NCBI GenBank assembly: GCA_902536485.1 | Contig: CACAXP010000003.1 | Coordinates: 1 to 63,424 of the forward strand | DNA: 63,424 nt | Direction: 5' to 3' | Origin: an uncultured Alphaproteobacteria bacterium | GTDB taxonomy: Bacteria > Pseudomonadota > Alphaproteobacteria > Methylaequorales > Methylaequoraceae | Shown here: positions 10,478 through 20,920 of the stretch, in pieces | Layout: every line of letters begins with the position of its first letter | Position numbering within the stretch: position 1 is the first letter of the stretch | Translations under genes and position numbers: made by a program | Notes under the pieces: model-generated | What the model saw: only the letters and a program-made list of their open reading frames with translations | Told to the model about the DNA's origin: nothing | The model's database searches: none

Positions 10478-10714
10478 ATGAGTGATATTTCAGAAAGAGT
10501 AAAAAAGATTGTTGTTGAACATTTGGGTGTAGAGGCTGACAAGGTTGTTGATTCAGCAAGTTTTGTTGACGATCTAGGTGCAGATAGCCTAGATACAGTT
10601 GAATTGGTTATGGCATTTGAGGAGGAATTTAACATAGAGATTCCAGATGAGATTGCTGAAAAAATAACAACGATTAAAGATGCAATTGAACATATAGAAA
10701 AATCACAAAATTAA
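10478..10714 (+). CDS. acpP: Acyl carrier protein
   Basis: [20 protein letters not shown]. Confidence 0.98.
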   Translation: MSDISERVKKIVVEHLGVEADKVVDSASFVDDLGADSLDTVELVMAFEEEFNIEIPDEIAEKITTIKDAIEHIEKSQN

Positions 10715-10717
10715 AAC

Positions 10718-11971
10718 ATGAGACGAGTGGTCGTAACAGGAATTGGAATGTGCACGCCACTCGGATATGGCATTGATATAAATTGGAAAAAACTGATTAG
10801 CTCTCAATCAGGTATACGGAAACTTCATGGATTTGAAATTGATGATTTAACTTCAAAAATAGGAGGACAAGTCCCGTTAGAGGGAAATTCAAACCTATAC
10901 CCAGAAAATGTTTTAAATTCCAAAGACAGAAGAAAAATTGAACCTTTTATTGAATTTGCAATGATTTCTGCAAAAGAAGCAATAGAAGATTCTGGTTGGC
11001 TGCCAGAATCAGAAACAGATTCACAAAGAGCTGGAGTAATGGTTGGTTCTGGAATAGGAGGATTGGATGGGATAAGAACGAGTTCAGATAATTTAAGAAG
11101 AAGTCCAAGAAAAATATCACCGTTTTTCATTCCTTCTTGTCTAATAAATCTTGCATCTGGGCATATTTCTATAAAATATAAACTTAAAGGTCCTAATCAT
11201 TCAGTTGTAACAGCTTGTGCATCTGGGGCACATGCAATTGGGGACTCATTTAGAATTATCTCTTATGGAGATGCTGATGTGATGATAGCAGGTGGGACTG
11301 AAGCAGCTTGCACTCGGTTTGGTATTTCTGGTTTTTGTGCTATGAGAGCACTATCAACCAAATTTAATGATAATCCTGAAATGGCATCAAGACCGTGGGA
11401 TAAAGATAGAGATGGTTTTGTTTTATCTGAGGGGTCGGGGATGTTGGTTCTAGAAGAATTAGAGCATGCAAAAAAAAGGTCAGCTAAGATTTATGCTGAA
11501 ATTGTTGGTTATGGATTAACGGGTGATGCCTATCATCCAACAGCACCAGCAAGTGACGGTAGTGGAGGTTTTAGAGCCATGGAAATGGCTTTAAATGATG
11601 CAAAAATTTCTTCTGATCAAATTGATTACATAAATGCTCATGGCACATCGACACCACTAGGAGACGAGATAGAGTTTAATGCAGTAAAAAGAATTTTTGA
11701 AAATAATAAAAAAAAGTTGTATATGTCTTCTACTAAATCCTCAACAGGTCATTTACTAGGTGCTTCAGGAGCAATTGAATCAATTTTTTCAATCTTGTCA
11801 TTAACAAACGGAGTTATCCCACCTACATTAAATCTATCTAATCCATCCTCAGATTGTGAGAGTATAAACCTTGTGCCCAAAGAGAGTATTAATAATAGAA
11901 ATGCTTTTTCTTTGTCTAATTCATTTGGATTTGGGGGTACGAATGTCTCATTGATATTTAAGAAAAATTAA
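10718..11971 (+). CDS. fabF: Beta-ketoacyl-ACP synthase II
   Basis: VTACASG, INAHGTST, TGHLLGA, SNSFGFGG. Confidence 0.97.
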   Translation: MRRVVVTGIGMCTPLGYGIDINWKKLISSQSGIRKLHGFEIDDLTSKIGGQVPLEGNSNLYPENVLNSKDRRKIEPFIEFAMISAKEAIEDSGWLPESETDSQRAGVMVGSGIGGLDGIRTSSDNLRRSPRKISPFFIPSCLINLASGHISIKYKLKGPNHSVVTACASGAHAIGDSFRIISYGDADVMIAGGTEAACTRFGISGFCAMRALSTKFNDNPEMASRPWDKDRDGFVLSEGSGMLVLEELEHAKKRSAKIYAEIVGYGLTGDAYHPTAPASDGSGGFRAMEMALNDAKISSDQIDYINAHGTSTPLGDEIEFNAVKRIFENNKKKLYMSSTKSSTGHLLGASGAIESIFSILSLTNGVIPPTLNLSNPSSDCESINLVPKESINNRNAFSLSNSFGFGGTNVSLIFKKN

Positions 11972-11973
11972 TT

Positions 11974-12918
11974 GTGTCTAAAGCTACAGCTTTTTTTCTT
12001 TTTATTATTCTACTAAATATTTTTTCCATACTTATCTTTGATAAACATAAAAGTTACGATAAATCTAGTGTAATTATAAAGCCAGGAATGAATTTAGAGG
12101 AAATTTCAGAAGAACTTTTTTCTAAGAAAATAATTAAAAACTCAAATCTTTTTAAAATTTGGGTTAAATTAAGTTTTTCTGAAACAAAATTAAGGTTTGG
12201 AGAATTTATTTTCGAAAAAAGTAATTCAATTTATGATGTAACTGAAAAATTAATTAATGGCGATGTAGTTTTTCGCAAACTTACAATCATCGAGGGTTCC
12301 TACAAATATGAATTATTAAATATTCTCAAAGAAATTGATCCTCAATCATCCTTAAAATACGGTGATGTGAGTGACTTGATAATAGCTGATACATATAGTT
12401 ACCAAGTAACAGACTCTGCCGAGAGAATTTTAAATGATATTAAAAAGTTATCAAAAGACTTTTCTCATAAAATTTGGTCAGAGAGAGATACCACAATCCC
12501 ACTTAAAAGTATTAATGAAATGTTTATTTTAGCATCAATAGTGGAAAAAGAAACTGCAATAAAGAATGAAAAACCATTAATTTCAGGAGTTTTTTATAAT
12601 CGTTTAAAAAAAAATATGAGACTTCAGTCAGATCCAACAGTTATATATTCACTTACTGAAGGAAAATCTAGATTGAAAAGAAAACTAACAAGAAAGGATC
12701 TAAAGTTTAAATCACCACATAATACTTATGTTAACAAAGGCTTGCCACCTTCAATTATTGGCTTTCCTGGAAAGGATTCTCTTCTTTCAACTTCACTCCC
12801 CAAAAAAAGTAACTTACTATATTTCGTAGCAAAAAATGAGGGTGGAGAGCATTACTTTTCATCAAATTACAAACAGCATTTAAAAAATATTAAGGCTTCA
12901 AAAGATGAAAAAAAATAG
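11974..12918 (+). CDS. mltG: Endolytic murein transglycosylase MltG
   Basis: LASIVEKET, NRL..NMRLQSDPTV, SPHNTY..GLPP, LYFVA. Confidence 0.93.
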   Translation: MSKATAFFLFIILLNIFSILIFDKHKSYDKSSVIIKPGMNLEEISEELFSKKIIKNSNLFKIWVKLSFSETKLRFGEFIFEKSNSIYDVTEKLINGDVVFRKLTIIEGSYKYELLNILKEIDPQSSLKYGDVSDLIIADTYSYQVTDSAERILNDIKKLSKDFSHKIWSERDTTIPLKSINEMFILASIVEKETAIKNEKPLISGVFYNRLKKNMRLQSDPTVIYSLTEGKSRLKRKLTRKDLKFKSPHNTYVNKGLPPSIIGFPGKDSLLSTSLPKKSNLLYFVAKNEGGEHYFSSNYKQHLKNIKASKDEKK

Positions 12919-13528
12919 AAAGGGTCTTATGCTTGTACTATCATCTCCATCAGGAGCGGGAAAAACCACTATATGTAAGGAGATTTTAAAAAAAATTAAA
13001 GAGCTAAAATTATCCATTTCTTATACCACTAGGCCAAAAAGAAAAAGCGAAGTTGATGGATTGGATTATTTCTTTATCTCCGAAAAAAAATTTAAAGAAC
13101 TTCAGGCAAAAGACTTTTTTATTGAAAATGCGAAAGTTTTTGATCATTTGTACGGAACTCCAAAAAATTTTGTTGAAAAAAACTTACTTAAAGGAATTGA
13201 TGTACTTTTTGATATTGATTGGCAGGGTGCTCAGAAATTATCTAATTTTTCTAAAACAGATATTGTTTCAGTCTTTATCTTACCACCAAGCAATAAGATT
13301 CTTAAAGAAAGATTAAAAAAAAGAAATGAAGATTCCCTAGAGATTGTAAACAAAAGAATGAGTAAAGCAAAGTCAGAAATTAGTCATTGGATAGAATACG
13401 ATTACGTATTAATAAATGAGGATTTGGTAACATGTACTAATGAAGTGGTTGCAATTTTGAAAGCAGAGAGAAAAAAAAGAGACAGACAAAAGTTTATTTT
13501 TAGTTTTATTGAAAAGCTTTTAAATTAG
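12905..13528 (+). CDS. gmk: Guanylate kinase
   Basis: SSPSGAGKTT, SYTTRP, YGTP, DIDWQGA. Confidence 0.97.
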   Translation: MKKNRKGLMLVLSSPSGAGKTTICKEILKKIKELKLSISYTTRPKRKSEVDGLDYFFISEKKFKELQAKDFFIENAKVFDHLYGTPKNFVEKNLLKGIDVLFDIDWQGAQKLSNFSKTDIVSVFILPPSNKILKERLKKRNEDSLEIVNKRMSKAKSEISHWIEYDYVLINEDLVTCTNEVVAILKAERKKRDRQKFIFSFIEKLLN

Positions 13529-14296
13529 TTTTTCTGAAAGTTTTATAAATTGATTTGGGCTAATTTCTTCAGGTCTAAGAGAAGGGTCTATACCACAATT
13601 GAATATCTTTTCTTCAATATTAGAGCTAATTTTTGAAAGATTGTTTTTTAAGGTTTTTCTTTTATGCATAAAAGATAGCTTTAATAATTTGTCGAGTTTT
13701 TTGTAATCAAATTTAATCTTTTCTTTTGGAATAATTTCAATTACCGATGAGTAAACCTTTGGTTTTGGAAAAAAGTTTTCTGGTGCAACGTCAAATTTAA
13801 TTTTCACGTCAGCTACCACCTGAACCAAAACTGATGTTCTTCCATAATGCTTAGTTTTTTCTTTAGCTGAAAGTCTAGATGCAACTTCCTTTTGAACCAT
13901 TACCACAATAGACTTAAAAGAATGAATGTATTTTAACCAATTTAGAATGAGGGTAGTGGCTATATTATAAGGAAGGTTTCCAATTAAAACTATTTTATCT
14001 TTTGATAGTTTGTTAATTGATATTTTTAAAGCATCCTCAATTATCAGTTTAATTTTAATACTTTTATTTTTAATAAGATTTGTAAGCACAGTTTCCAGTT
14101 CTCGATCTTTTTCTATCAGAATGAGTTTAGAAGGTTTTTTTTTAATTAGAAATTCTGTTAAGTAACCTTTTCCAGGACCAACCTCAACAACTTCTTGATT
14201 TTTAAAATCCTTCAAAGAGCTAATTTTTTTTAAAATTTTTTTATTAATTAAAAAGTTTTGTCCTAAACTTTTTTTATGTTTAAACTCCACTTTCAT
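13520..14296 (-). CDS. rsmA: 16S rRNA adenine dimethyltransferase
   Basis: KKSLGQNFL, EVGPGKG, GNLPYNI, PKPKVYS; ATG 14296 overlaps pdxA stop (ATGA). Confidence 0.96.
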   Translation of the reverse strand: MKVEFKHKKSLGQNFLINKKILKKISSLKDFKNQEVVEVGPGKGYLTEFLIKKKPSKLILIEKDRELETVLTNLIKNKSIKIKLIIEDALKISINKLSKDKIVLIGNLPYNIATTLILNWLKYIHSFKSIVVMVQKEVASRLSAKEKTKHYGRTSVLVQVVADVKIKFDVAPENFFPKPKVYSSVIEIIPKEKIKFDYKKLDKLLKLSFMHKRKTLKNNLSKISSNIEEKIFNCGIDPSLRPEEISPNQFIKLSEKLI

Positions 14297-15312
14297 GAAT
14301 ATTTTTCTATAAATTTTAAACAAGCAACTAAACTGTCAGCTTTAGCTAAATTTTTGCGCGCAATATCAAAAGCAGGACCATGATCTGGAGATACTCTTAA
14401 AATCGGAAGTCCACCAGTTATATTTACAGAGTTAAAAAAATCAAGTGTTTTGACTGGCGATAACCCTTGATCGTGATACATACAAAACATTCCGTCATAA
14501 TCTTTTCTGTTATTTTTAAAAAAACAGGTGTCCCCACTTAAGGGACCATGTAAATTTAAATTTTTAGCCTGCAAGTCTTTAATAACCGGTAGTATAACTC
14601 TATTCTCTTCTTCACCAATAAAACCATCTTCTCCAGCATGAGGGTTTAATGCCAAAACACCAATATATGGTTCTTTTTTTTTCCATATAGTTTTTAATGA
14701 ATCGTTGAAAATCATTATTTTTTCCTTAAGGAATTCTTTCTTTAATTTACCAAATGTTTTTTTTAGAGGTATATGTGTGGTTGCAAGACCAATAACTAAG
14801 TTTTTTCCAGAATCAATTGGTTTTGTGGTTGTCAAAATCATTATTTCGTTTGAAGAGCGATTTATTAATTTTCTTGCCAAAAAACCTACATATTCTGTTT
14901 GACCATTGTAATTAAATCCAAATTGTTTCATTGTTCTTTTACATATAGGAAGTGTTACTAAAGCTGATGCCTCTTTATTCTTTACAAAATTGAAAGATTT
15001 GTTTAAAGAGTCTATTATAAATTTACTATTCTTTTTTTCAGGTTGACCCAACTTAAATTTGATTTTGTTTCCTAAATCATAAACTGGTAAATAACTATTA
15101 AAAATATCGAAAGTTTCACTGGGATTCTTAATTAGTTTTATTTTCGCATCAAATTTAAATAGATCAATAACAAATTCAATTTTTGATTTGTCATCAACAA
15201 CAAAAAAAGGTAAAAGTTTTTTTTTTTTACGGTTGATCCAGGTTTTAATTAAAATTTCAGAGCTTATACCTGATGGCTCACCCATAGAAATAACAATCGG
15301 TTTTTTTTTCAT
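14293..15312 (-). CDS. pdxA: 4-hydroxythreonine-4-phosphate dehydrogenase
   Basis: GEPSGI, THIPL, LNPHAGE, MYHDQGL, RVSPDHG. Confidence 0.96.
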   Translation of the reverse strand: MKKKPIVISMGEPSGISSEILIKTWINRKKKKLLPFFVVDDKSKIEFVIDLFKFDAKIKLIKNPSETFDIFNSYLPVYDLGNKIKFKLGQPEKKNSKFIIDSLNKSFNFVKNKEASALVTLPICKRTMKQFGFNYNGQTEYVGFLARKLINRSSNEIMILTTTKPIDSGKNLVIGLATTHIPLKKTFGKLKKEFLKEKIMIFNDSLKTIWKKKEPYIGVLALNPHAGEDGFIGEEENRVILPVIKDLQAKNLNLHGPLSGDTCFFKNNRKDYDGMFCMYHDQGLSPVKTLDFFNSVNITGGLPILRVSPDHGPAFDIARKNLAKADSLVACLKFIEKYS

Positions 15313-15318
15313 TATTCT

Positions 15319-16527
15319 TTATTTATTAAAAAACTTAACGTTTGTGTTTTTTCTAAGATTAGAAATTAAAGTATTAGCCATTTGGTTGAATTTTTGAGTG
15401 TAAATTTTTTTTTCTATATCAATCTTGGATATAGCTCTCTTTTTATCAACTTCTTTTTTACATAATTTAAGTCTCATAAATTCAGCTTCATTTTTTAAAA
15501 CATTTGTCATTTCTCCTTCATCCAATATTTCTAAATTAATTCTAAAAATTCTGCTCATTTCATCTAACAAAATTTTTTCAAATTTTGTTAATTCTACATT
15601 ATTTTCTAAAGTTTCAGAGACCATACCACAATTGACATCATCTTTTTGAATTTTTTTTAGTGTTACTTCATCGAAAGCGGATAACTTCAAAAAAGAATAT
15701 CTAAAGTTACTACTTCCATAAAATCTTTTTTTATTTAGTTTTATCACCTTGTATCCATCTGTATCTTGAAAGCTTAAAATTTCACCTGGTTTCATCTTTT
15801 GAAGTGATTCTTTAGTTGTGTTTTCAATGTTGTCCTCAAGTACCCATCTAGAACTCTGACTTTCCATAGTATATACTTCATTAAATTTCTTCGAGAGGTT
15901 TTCAAAGGTAATTCCTTTATCTAATAGCTTCAAAAATTCCTCCATTTTTTTTTTGGATCTTTTCCAATTTCCAGGTAAATCGTTCAAAAAAAGAATTTCA
16001 TTAAAGTCAAATTCATACTTACCTTTATTTTTTGTACGTTCGTCAAACGAATCCTGGATTTCTTGCTCACTAATATTGATTTTCGAGGCAATTGTTTTTT
16101 GTAAAAATTTTTTCCACAACAATTCTGAAGACATTTGATCTAGCAAAATATCAATGTCAAAACCTTCTTCTTCTAAAAATGATTTGAAACCATTAAAGTC
16201 GTCTTTAGAAAAGTTATAAATATTTGATGTGAAATTGATTAGTTCTTCCTCAGTATGACTTATATCATTCTTTTTTGCTTCTATCGTTTTTATTTTTTCT
16301 AATATAAGAAGTTCAAGCATTCTTTCTCTAACTGAATCTCTATTACTTATACTATCTTCAAGATTTAAAGATTTGAGAGCTAATTTGATTCTTTGTGAAA
16401 GGTCATATGTTGTTATGATTTCTCTGTCAATGCTCACAATCATTCCTTCAAACTTTTCCTGAGCAAAGAGTATGTTTTCAAAAAAAATTATTTTGAGTAA
16501 CAAAAATAAAATAATATTAGAGATCAC
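15319..16527 (-). CDS. surA: SurA-like periplasmic chaperone/PPIase
   Basis: SurA N-domain pattern (VSIDREIITTYDL...LILEKI) and lptD-surA-pdxA-rsmA order; probable GTG start at 16527. Confidence 0.75.
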   Translation of the reverse strand: MISNIILFLLLKIIFFENILFAQEKFEGMIVSIDREIITTYDLSQRIKLALKSLNLEDSISNRDSVRERMLELLILEKIKTIEAKKNDISHTEEELINFTSNIYNFSKDDFNGFKSFLEEEGFDIDILLDQMSSELLWKKFLQKTIASKINISEQEIQDSFDERTKNKGKYEFDFNEILFLNDLPGNWKRSKKKMEEFLKLLDKGITFENLSKKFNEVYTMESQSSRWVLEDNIENTTKESLQKMKPGEILSFQDTDGYKVIKLNKKRFYGSSNFRYSFLKLSAFDEVTLKKIQKDDVNCGMVSETLENNVELTKFEKILLDEMSRIFRINLEILDEGEMTNVLKNEAEFMRLKLCKKEVDKKRAISKIDIEKKIYTQKFNQMANTLISNLRKNTNVKFFNK

Positions 16528-18688
16528 TTTCCATAATTTCCTTGAGACTAAATAAAAAAATAAAATTATTAGATGTGGGGTCTTCTGGGTTGTGTGTATA
16601 TTGTCTAGTCCATGAGAAGGACATTCCAAAGCATTCATCTTCATATTTTATTTTTGTTCCGTAATTATATAATTTTAATTTGCCTTTCTTATCAAATGTT
16701 GAATGTACTGTAAAGTTCCAAAAGTCATAAAATTTTTGGTCGTACTTAATCGAGAACTGATTTTTACCATCAATTAAATTTTCACCATTTTGATCAATTA
16801 CAGCAGCATATCTATTATTTCCAATTGAAAGGTATGAGTTCTTTTGCCTAATAAGTAAATTTGAATACGCTGTTTTAATTGAGAAATTATCCTTATCGAT
16901 TACAAAGTATGAATTTAGATTAATCGCTTCAGCAGGCTTAAGAGTGAAATTTCCAACAATATCTGAAAACTTTTCATTAATGCCGGTGTTTTTATTTAAA
17001 TATTTATTTCTATTAAATTGATGACTTTGTCCAATTTGAATTGTTGTCAGGTCATTAAAAGAATCTTTTACAGTGCTAGTATAAGATACTCCGTAATCTA
17101 TTCTGGAAGATTGTTCTAACCTATCGTTACCGTGGATTCTGTTTACGTTAAACAAATCAATAAAATCAAGATCAAAATTATTTATATTACTTTCGTCAGG
17201 GATTTTCCTGTTAAACGCGTTTTGGGTACTTTTAACAAATAGAACTTTTGGTGTAAAAGTACTGATTATTTTTTTAGTAACTTTAAAGTAGGGCTTTGAA
17301 ACTTCAAGAGAAAGTTGAGGAAAAAAGTTTTTTTTATATTTATTATTTTCGAATCTTCCAGAAACTGGGTTTTCATATTTTTTTATATTGTATAAACCTG
17401 CATTTAAATGCCCCCCTAGTTTTAATAACGTACCATCATTAAGAATAGTAGGGAAAGTGAAATTTTGATTTATAAAAAACTTTTTACTATCAGTTCCCTC
17501 AGTTCTATTAAAACTTATAAACTCAATATTGGTATCATAATTTAATGTATTATTAAGAGGGCTAGATCTCCAATTTACTAAAAGTCTTGGAAGTATTCTG
17601 GGGGTTTGTTTTCTATCAAATTCTCTTCTGTTATCTTGAAAAAGATAAGATTCCAAACTGTATGAGTTAAATCCTCTTAGTGATTCTAATTTAATATTTG
17701 ATTCAAGAATGTGATCAAATTTATATTTATAGGTATTTTTATAATTTCTGTCAGTTGTTCTTTGTAATTTATAACTAGCATAATTTTTGGGATTAAGAAA
17801 AAAAATACCTTCAGAGTTAATATGACCTCTTTTTCTATCTTCTTTTATTTGATTGTTTGTTTGATTTTCAATAGTCCCACTAAACTCGTTTTTCATTTCA
17901 CCATTTTTAAAGTTTTTTCTGTGCTGTATAAGAAGAGCTGGATTTTTTTTTTGGGAAAACTTTGGTGTCACAGTTATGTCACTAAAGTCACTCAGTGGAT
18001 AATAATAGGGTAAGTTAGCCCCAAGTCCAAAATAATGCGTTTGAAAAATACTTGGAGGTAAAAATCCTTTTTTTCTTTTTACCAAAGGTGAGGGATGAGA
18101 AAAATATGGAAGATAAAAAACACTTTTGCCATGTACATCCAAAAATGCATTGTAATATTTTACGTCAAGCTTTTTTTTATCATGAATAATCTTTTTTGCT
18201 TTAAGTTGAATTAAAGGTGGGTCGTATTTTTTTGTTTTTTCATTGTAGCATAATTCACATGCAGTAAATGTTCCGTACTGTAATTGTTCCCAGTCTTTGT
18301 TTCTTCTTTCAACTTTCTTTGCTGCCAATCGTAAGAATATATTTTTATCTTTATAAATTCTAGGGATATAAATATGATTATTTTCGATTAAAGCATTTTC
18401 AAGTGTATTATCAGCTACAATTTTATCAGCTTTTAAAATACTTCCATCAGCATTAAAAATTTTTATATTTTCTCTAGCTGATAAAACCTTAGACTTATTG
18501 TTTACAAATACTTTATCAGCATAAAGCTTAAATTCTTGATCAATTATTTCAACATTTCCTGTAGCATAGATTCTAGTGTTTTCTTTATCGTAAGTAAATT
18601 GATCAGCATTGATTTCAATCTTTTCATTTGAATGACTGTTCAAGTTTACGAGAAAAAAAAGAATAAATAGTATTTTATCCATCTTCAA
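16517..18688 (-). CDS. lptD: LPS assembly protein LptD
   Basis: OstA-like N-terminus, FTACELC, PYFSHP..KRKKGFL, C-terminal YEDEC; real start probably ATG 18682. Confidence 0.9.
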   Translation of the reverse strand: MKMDKILFILFFLVNLNSHSNEKIEINADQFTYDKENTRIYATGNVEIIDQEFKLYADKVFVNNKSKVLSARENIKIFNADGSILKADKIVADNTLENALIENNHIYIPRIYKDKNIFLRLAAKKVERRNKDWEQLQYGTFTACELCYNEKTKKYDPPLIQLKAKKIIHDKKKLDVKYYNAFLDVHGKSVFYLPYFSHPSPLVKRKKGFLPPSIFQTHYFGLGANLPYYYPLSDFSDITVTPKFSQKKNPALLIQHRKNFKNGEMKNEFSGTIENQTNNQIKEDRKRGHINSEGIFFLNPKNYASYKLQRTTDRNYKNTYKYKFDHILESNIKLESLRGFNSYSLESYLFQDNRREFDRKQTPRILPRLLVNWRSSPLNNTLNYDTNIEFISFNRTEGTDSKKFFINQNFTFPTILNDGTLLKLGGHLNAGLYNIKKYENPVSGRFENNKYKKNFFPQLSLEVSKPYFKVTKKIISTFTPKVLFVKSTQNAFNRKIPDESNINNFDLDFIDLFNVNRIHGNDRLEQSSRIDYGVSYTSTVKDSFNDLTTIQIGQSHQFNRNKYLNKNTGINEKFSDIVGNFTLKPAEAINLNSYFVIDKDNFSIKTAYSNLLIRQKNSYLSIGNNRYAAVIDQNGENLIDGKNQFSIKYDQKFYDFWNFTVHSTFDKKGKLKLYNYGTKIKYEDECFGMSFSWTRQYTHNPEDPTSNNFIFLFSLKEIMESDL

Positions 18689-19769
18689 GATGTATTAATG
18701 AACTAAGTAATAAAAAATTAAAAATTAAAGGGGCTGCCCAAACACTGAGAAAAATATTTAGATCTGAACTTTGTCCAAAGGTTTTTATTAAATCAGAGGA
18801 AAAATGGAATAGCAATCCAACAATTAGTCCATACAATATTTTTAGAACATTTTTTTTAATTCTATCTCTTTTAATTGACAATGAACAACCTAATAAAACC
18901 ATAGAGATGAGAATCAATGGAAATGAAAAAAGGTAATTTTTATAAATTATATGTTTTTTAATTGCAAAACCAGATGATTCTAAATTTTTAATGTAATCAT
19001 TTAATCTCCAAAAACCTACTGTTTCTGGTGGTCTGAAGTTTTTTTCAATTTTTTCAGCATCAAGATTTATTGTAATATTTTCAACATCAAACAACACTGG
19101 AGATTTATTTATTTCAAGTTTAGTTCCTTTTGTTAGTTCCCATAATTTGTTATCAAGCATTTTAACGTTTTGAACATCAATTCTCTCTAAAAATTTGTTT
19201 TCTTGGCCAAATTTAAAAATTTTCACATTTTTTAATGTATTATTTTCGAAAGAGTAATGTTGAGCATTGATAACATATTCAAAGTCATCAGTTTTCTCTC
19301 TCAACCACAATCCCGTCTCTGAAATTGAAAATAGTCCATAACTTCCTTTGAAAAAATTACTCTCGTAATTTTTAAATTTTATATTCATATACGCAAAGAT
19401 TGGATTAAAAACAAAAACATAAAGAATACTAATTAAAAGTGCATTAAAAACCGCGGGTAAAATTAAAAACCATATTGAAAAGCCTGAAGCTCTAAGAACA
19501 ACTAACTCATTGTTTTTATTCAACTTCATGTATGTATGCATTGAACTTAATAGAAATACTGTAGGTAAAATTATCGGGAATAGGCTTGGAATATGAAGAA
19601 ATGCCATTTTTATCAAAATACTTATTTGGATTTCTTTTGTTGAGCTTCTCCTTATTAACTCAATAAGATCAATAGAAATAAAAAGAATACATGAAAATGA
19701 AAAAACTAACAGAAACGAAAAAAGATTTTCTTTTAATAGATATCTAAGAACTAATTTATTTGTTACCAT
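18675..19769 (-). CDS. lptG: LPS export permease LptG
   Basis: YjgP/YjgQ architecture, NNELVVLRASGFS, second of the lptF-lptG pair. Confidence 0.85.
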   Translation of the reverse strand: MVTNKLVLRYLLKENLFSFLLVFSFSCILFISIDLIELIRRSSTKEIQISILIKMAFLHIPSLFPIILPTVFLLSSMHTYMKLNKNNELVVLRASGFSIWFLILPAVFNALLISILYVFVFNPIFAYMNIKFKNYESNFFKGSYGLFSISETGLWLREKTDDFEYVINAQHYSFENNTLKNVKIFKFGQENKFLERIDVQNVKMLDNKLWELTKGTKLEINKSPVLFDVENITINLDAEKIEKNFRPPETVGFWRLNDYIKNLESSGFAIKKHIIYKNYLFSFPLILISMVLLGCSLSIKRDRIKKNVLKILYGLIVGLLFHFSSDLIKTFGQSSDLNIFLSVWAAPLIFNFLLLSSLIHLEDG

Positions 19770-20877
19770 TAATCAGCTTCTTAGATTTAAATATAATTAG
19801 GCATGAGCAAATTAGACAGAACATTGATGGTATAAAATTAATATAATGCATTCCATCAAATTTGATCGACAAATTGGATGATGTAATTGATATTACTTGT
19901 AAAAAAATAATTAATCCGAAAATTTTTAAAATTTTTGAAATATTGTCAACTCTATCGAATTTAAAACTGAGTAAAAAACATACTACTAACGTACTAAATG
20001 TTACCACGTTGATAGGAATAGCATATCTTACTGTTATTTCAGCCTTAAATGCTTGGAGGTTATATTGGTCATCAAGAGATTCAGGGTTTGGGTTTCTTAG
20101 TTCATACATTGATCTTTCTGAAGGTGACTTCCATCTATTAAAGAAATTATCGGTTTTATTTTGATTAATGCTCAATAAATATTCATCAAAATAAAGGATT
20201 GAAAGTTTTTGTTCTTTTGATTGAAATTGCTGAGAACCATTCTCTAAAAAAATTTTTGTGGCATTGGGGGCATTAATTATTTTACCTTTTTTTGCTATAA
20301 GAGTTGAGGGTCTTTCACTGTCTCTTGTATCGTGAATAAAAATATTTTTTAGCCCCTCGTTAGTAGTTTCTTTTATGAAAATTGTAAAGTCTTTTCCAAT
20401 AGTGTTAAATACACCTTCTTGAAGAAGGCTTGAAGAGTAATCATTTTTGATTGTATATAAAAGTAGTTTAAAGTTTTTATTTGACTTTGGTGTTTGATGA
20501 ATTGAAAAGAATGAACAAATTAATGCTATTATTAAACTATATAAAAGTGTTGGTTTTATAAGATCAATATTTGAATAACATGAGGACTGAAGTACTATTA
20601 GTTCCTTGTCATTATTCATCCTTGAATAAACAAAAAAAATTGATAAGGAAATTATTACGGGAAATAAAATTGGAATTATTTGTGGAATTGAATTCATTAT
20701 GAGTTGAAAGAAGATTAGAAACGGAAGATTTCTACTAATCATCAGCTCAATTAATTGAACACTTTTTGCTAGGCAAAATACTGAAATAATAAATAATAAT
20801 ATAAGTAATGAATTATTTAATAGTTGTTTAAAAATGTATCTATCGACTAAATTCATTGAATTTTTTTTAAAATACAA
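19756..20877 (-). CDS. lptF: LPS export permease LptF
   Basis: VDRYIF, DKELIVLQSS, NIFIHD; divergent from pepA; real start possibly ATG 20856. Confidence 0.85.
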   Translation of the reverse strand: MYFKKNSMNLVDRYIFKQLLNNSLLILLFIISVFCLAKSVQLIELMISRNLPFLIFFQLIMNSIPQIIPILFPVIISLSIFFVYSRMNNDKELIVLQSSCYSNIDLIKPTLLYSLIIALICSFFSIHQTPKSNKNFKLLLYTIKNDYSSSLLQEGVFNTIGKDFTIFIKETTNEGLKNIFIHDTRDSERPSTLIAKKGKIINAPNATKIFLENGSQQFQSKEQKLSILYFDEYLLSINQNKTDNFFNRWKSPSERSMYELRNPNPESLDDQYNLQAFKAEITVRYAIPINVVTFSTLVVCFLLSFKFDRVDNISKILKIFGLIIFLQVISITSSNLSIKFDGMHYINFIPSMFCLICSCLIIFKSKKLINGNK

Positions 20878-20920
20878 TATACATTATTTATAATAATTAA
20901 ACCTTATAATATATAGACAA

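Noticed and set aside
16528-16644. Long N-terminal extension of SurA overlapping lptD
   Set aside because: ORF-caller artefact; GTG at 16527 gives a normal signal peptide and a short overlap.
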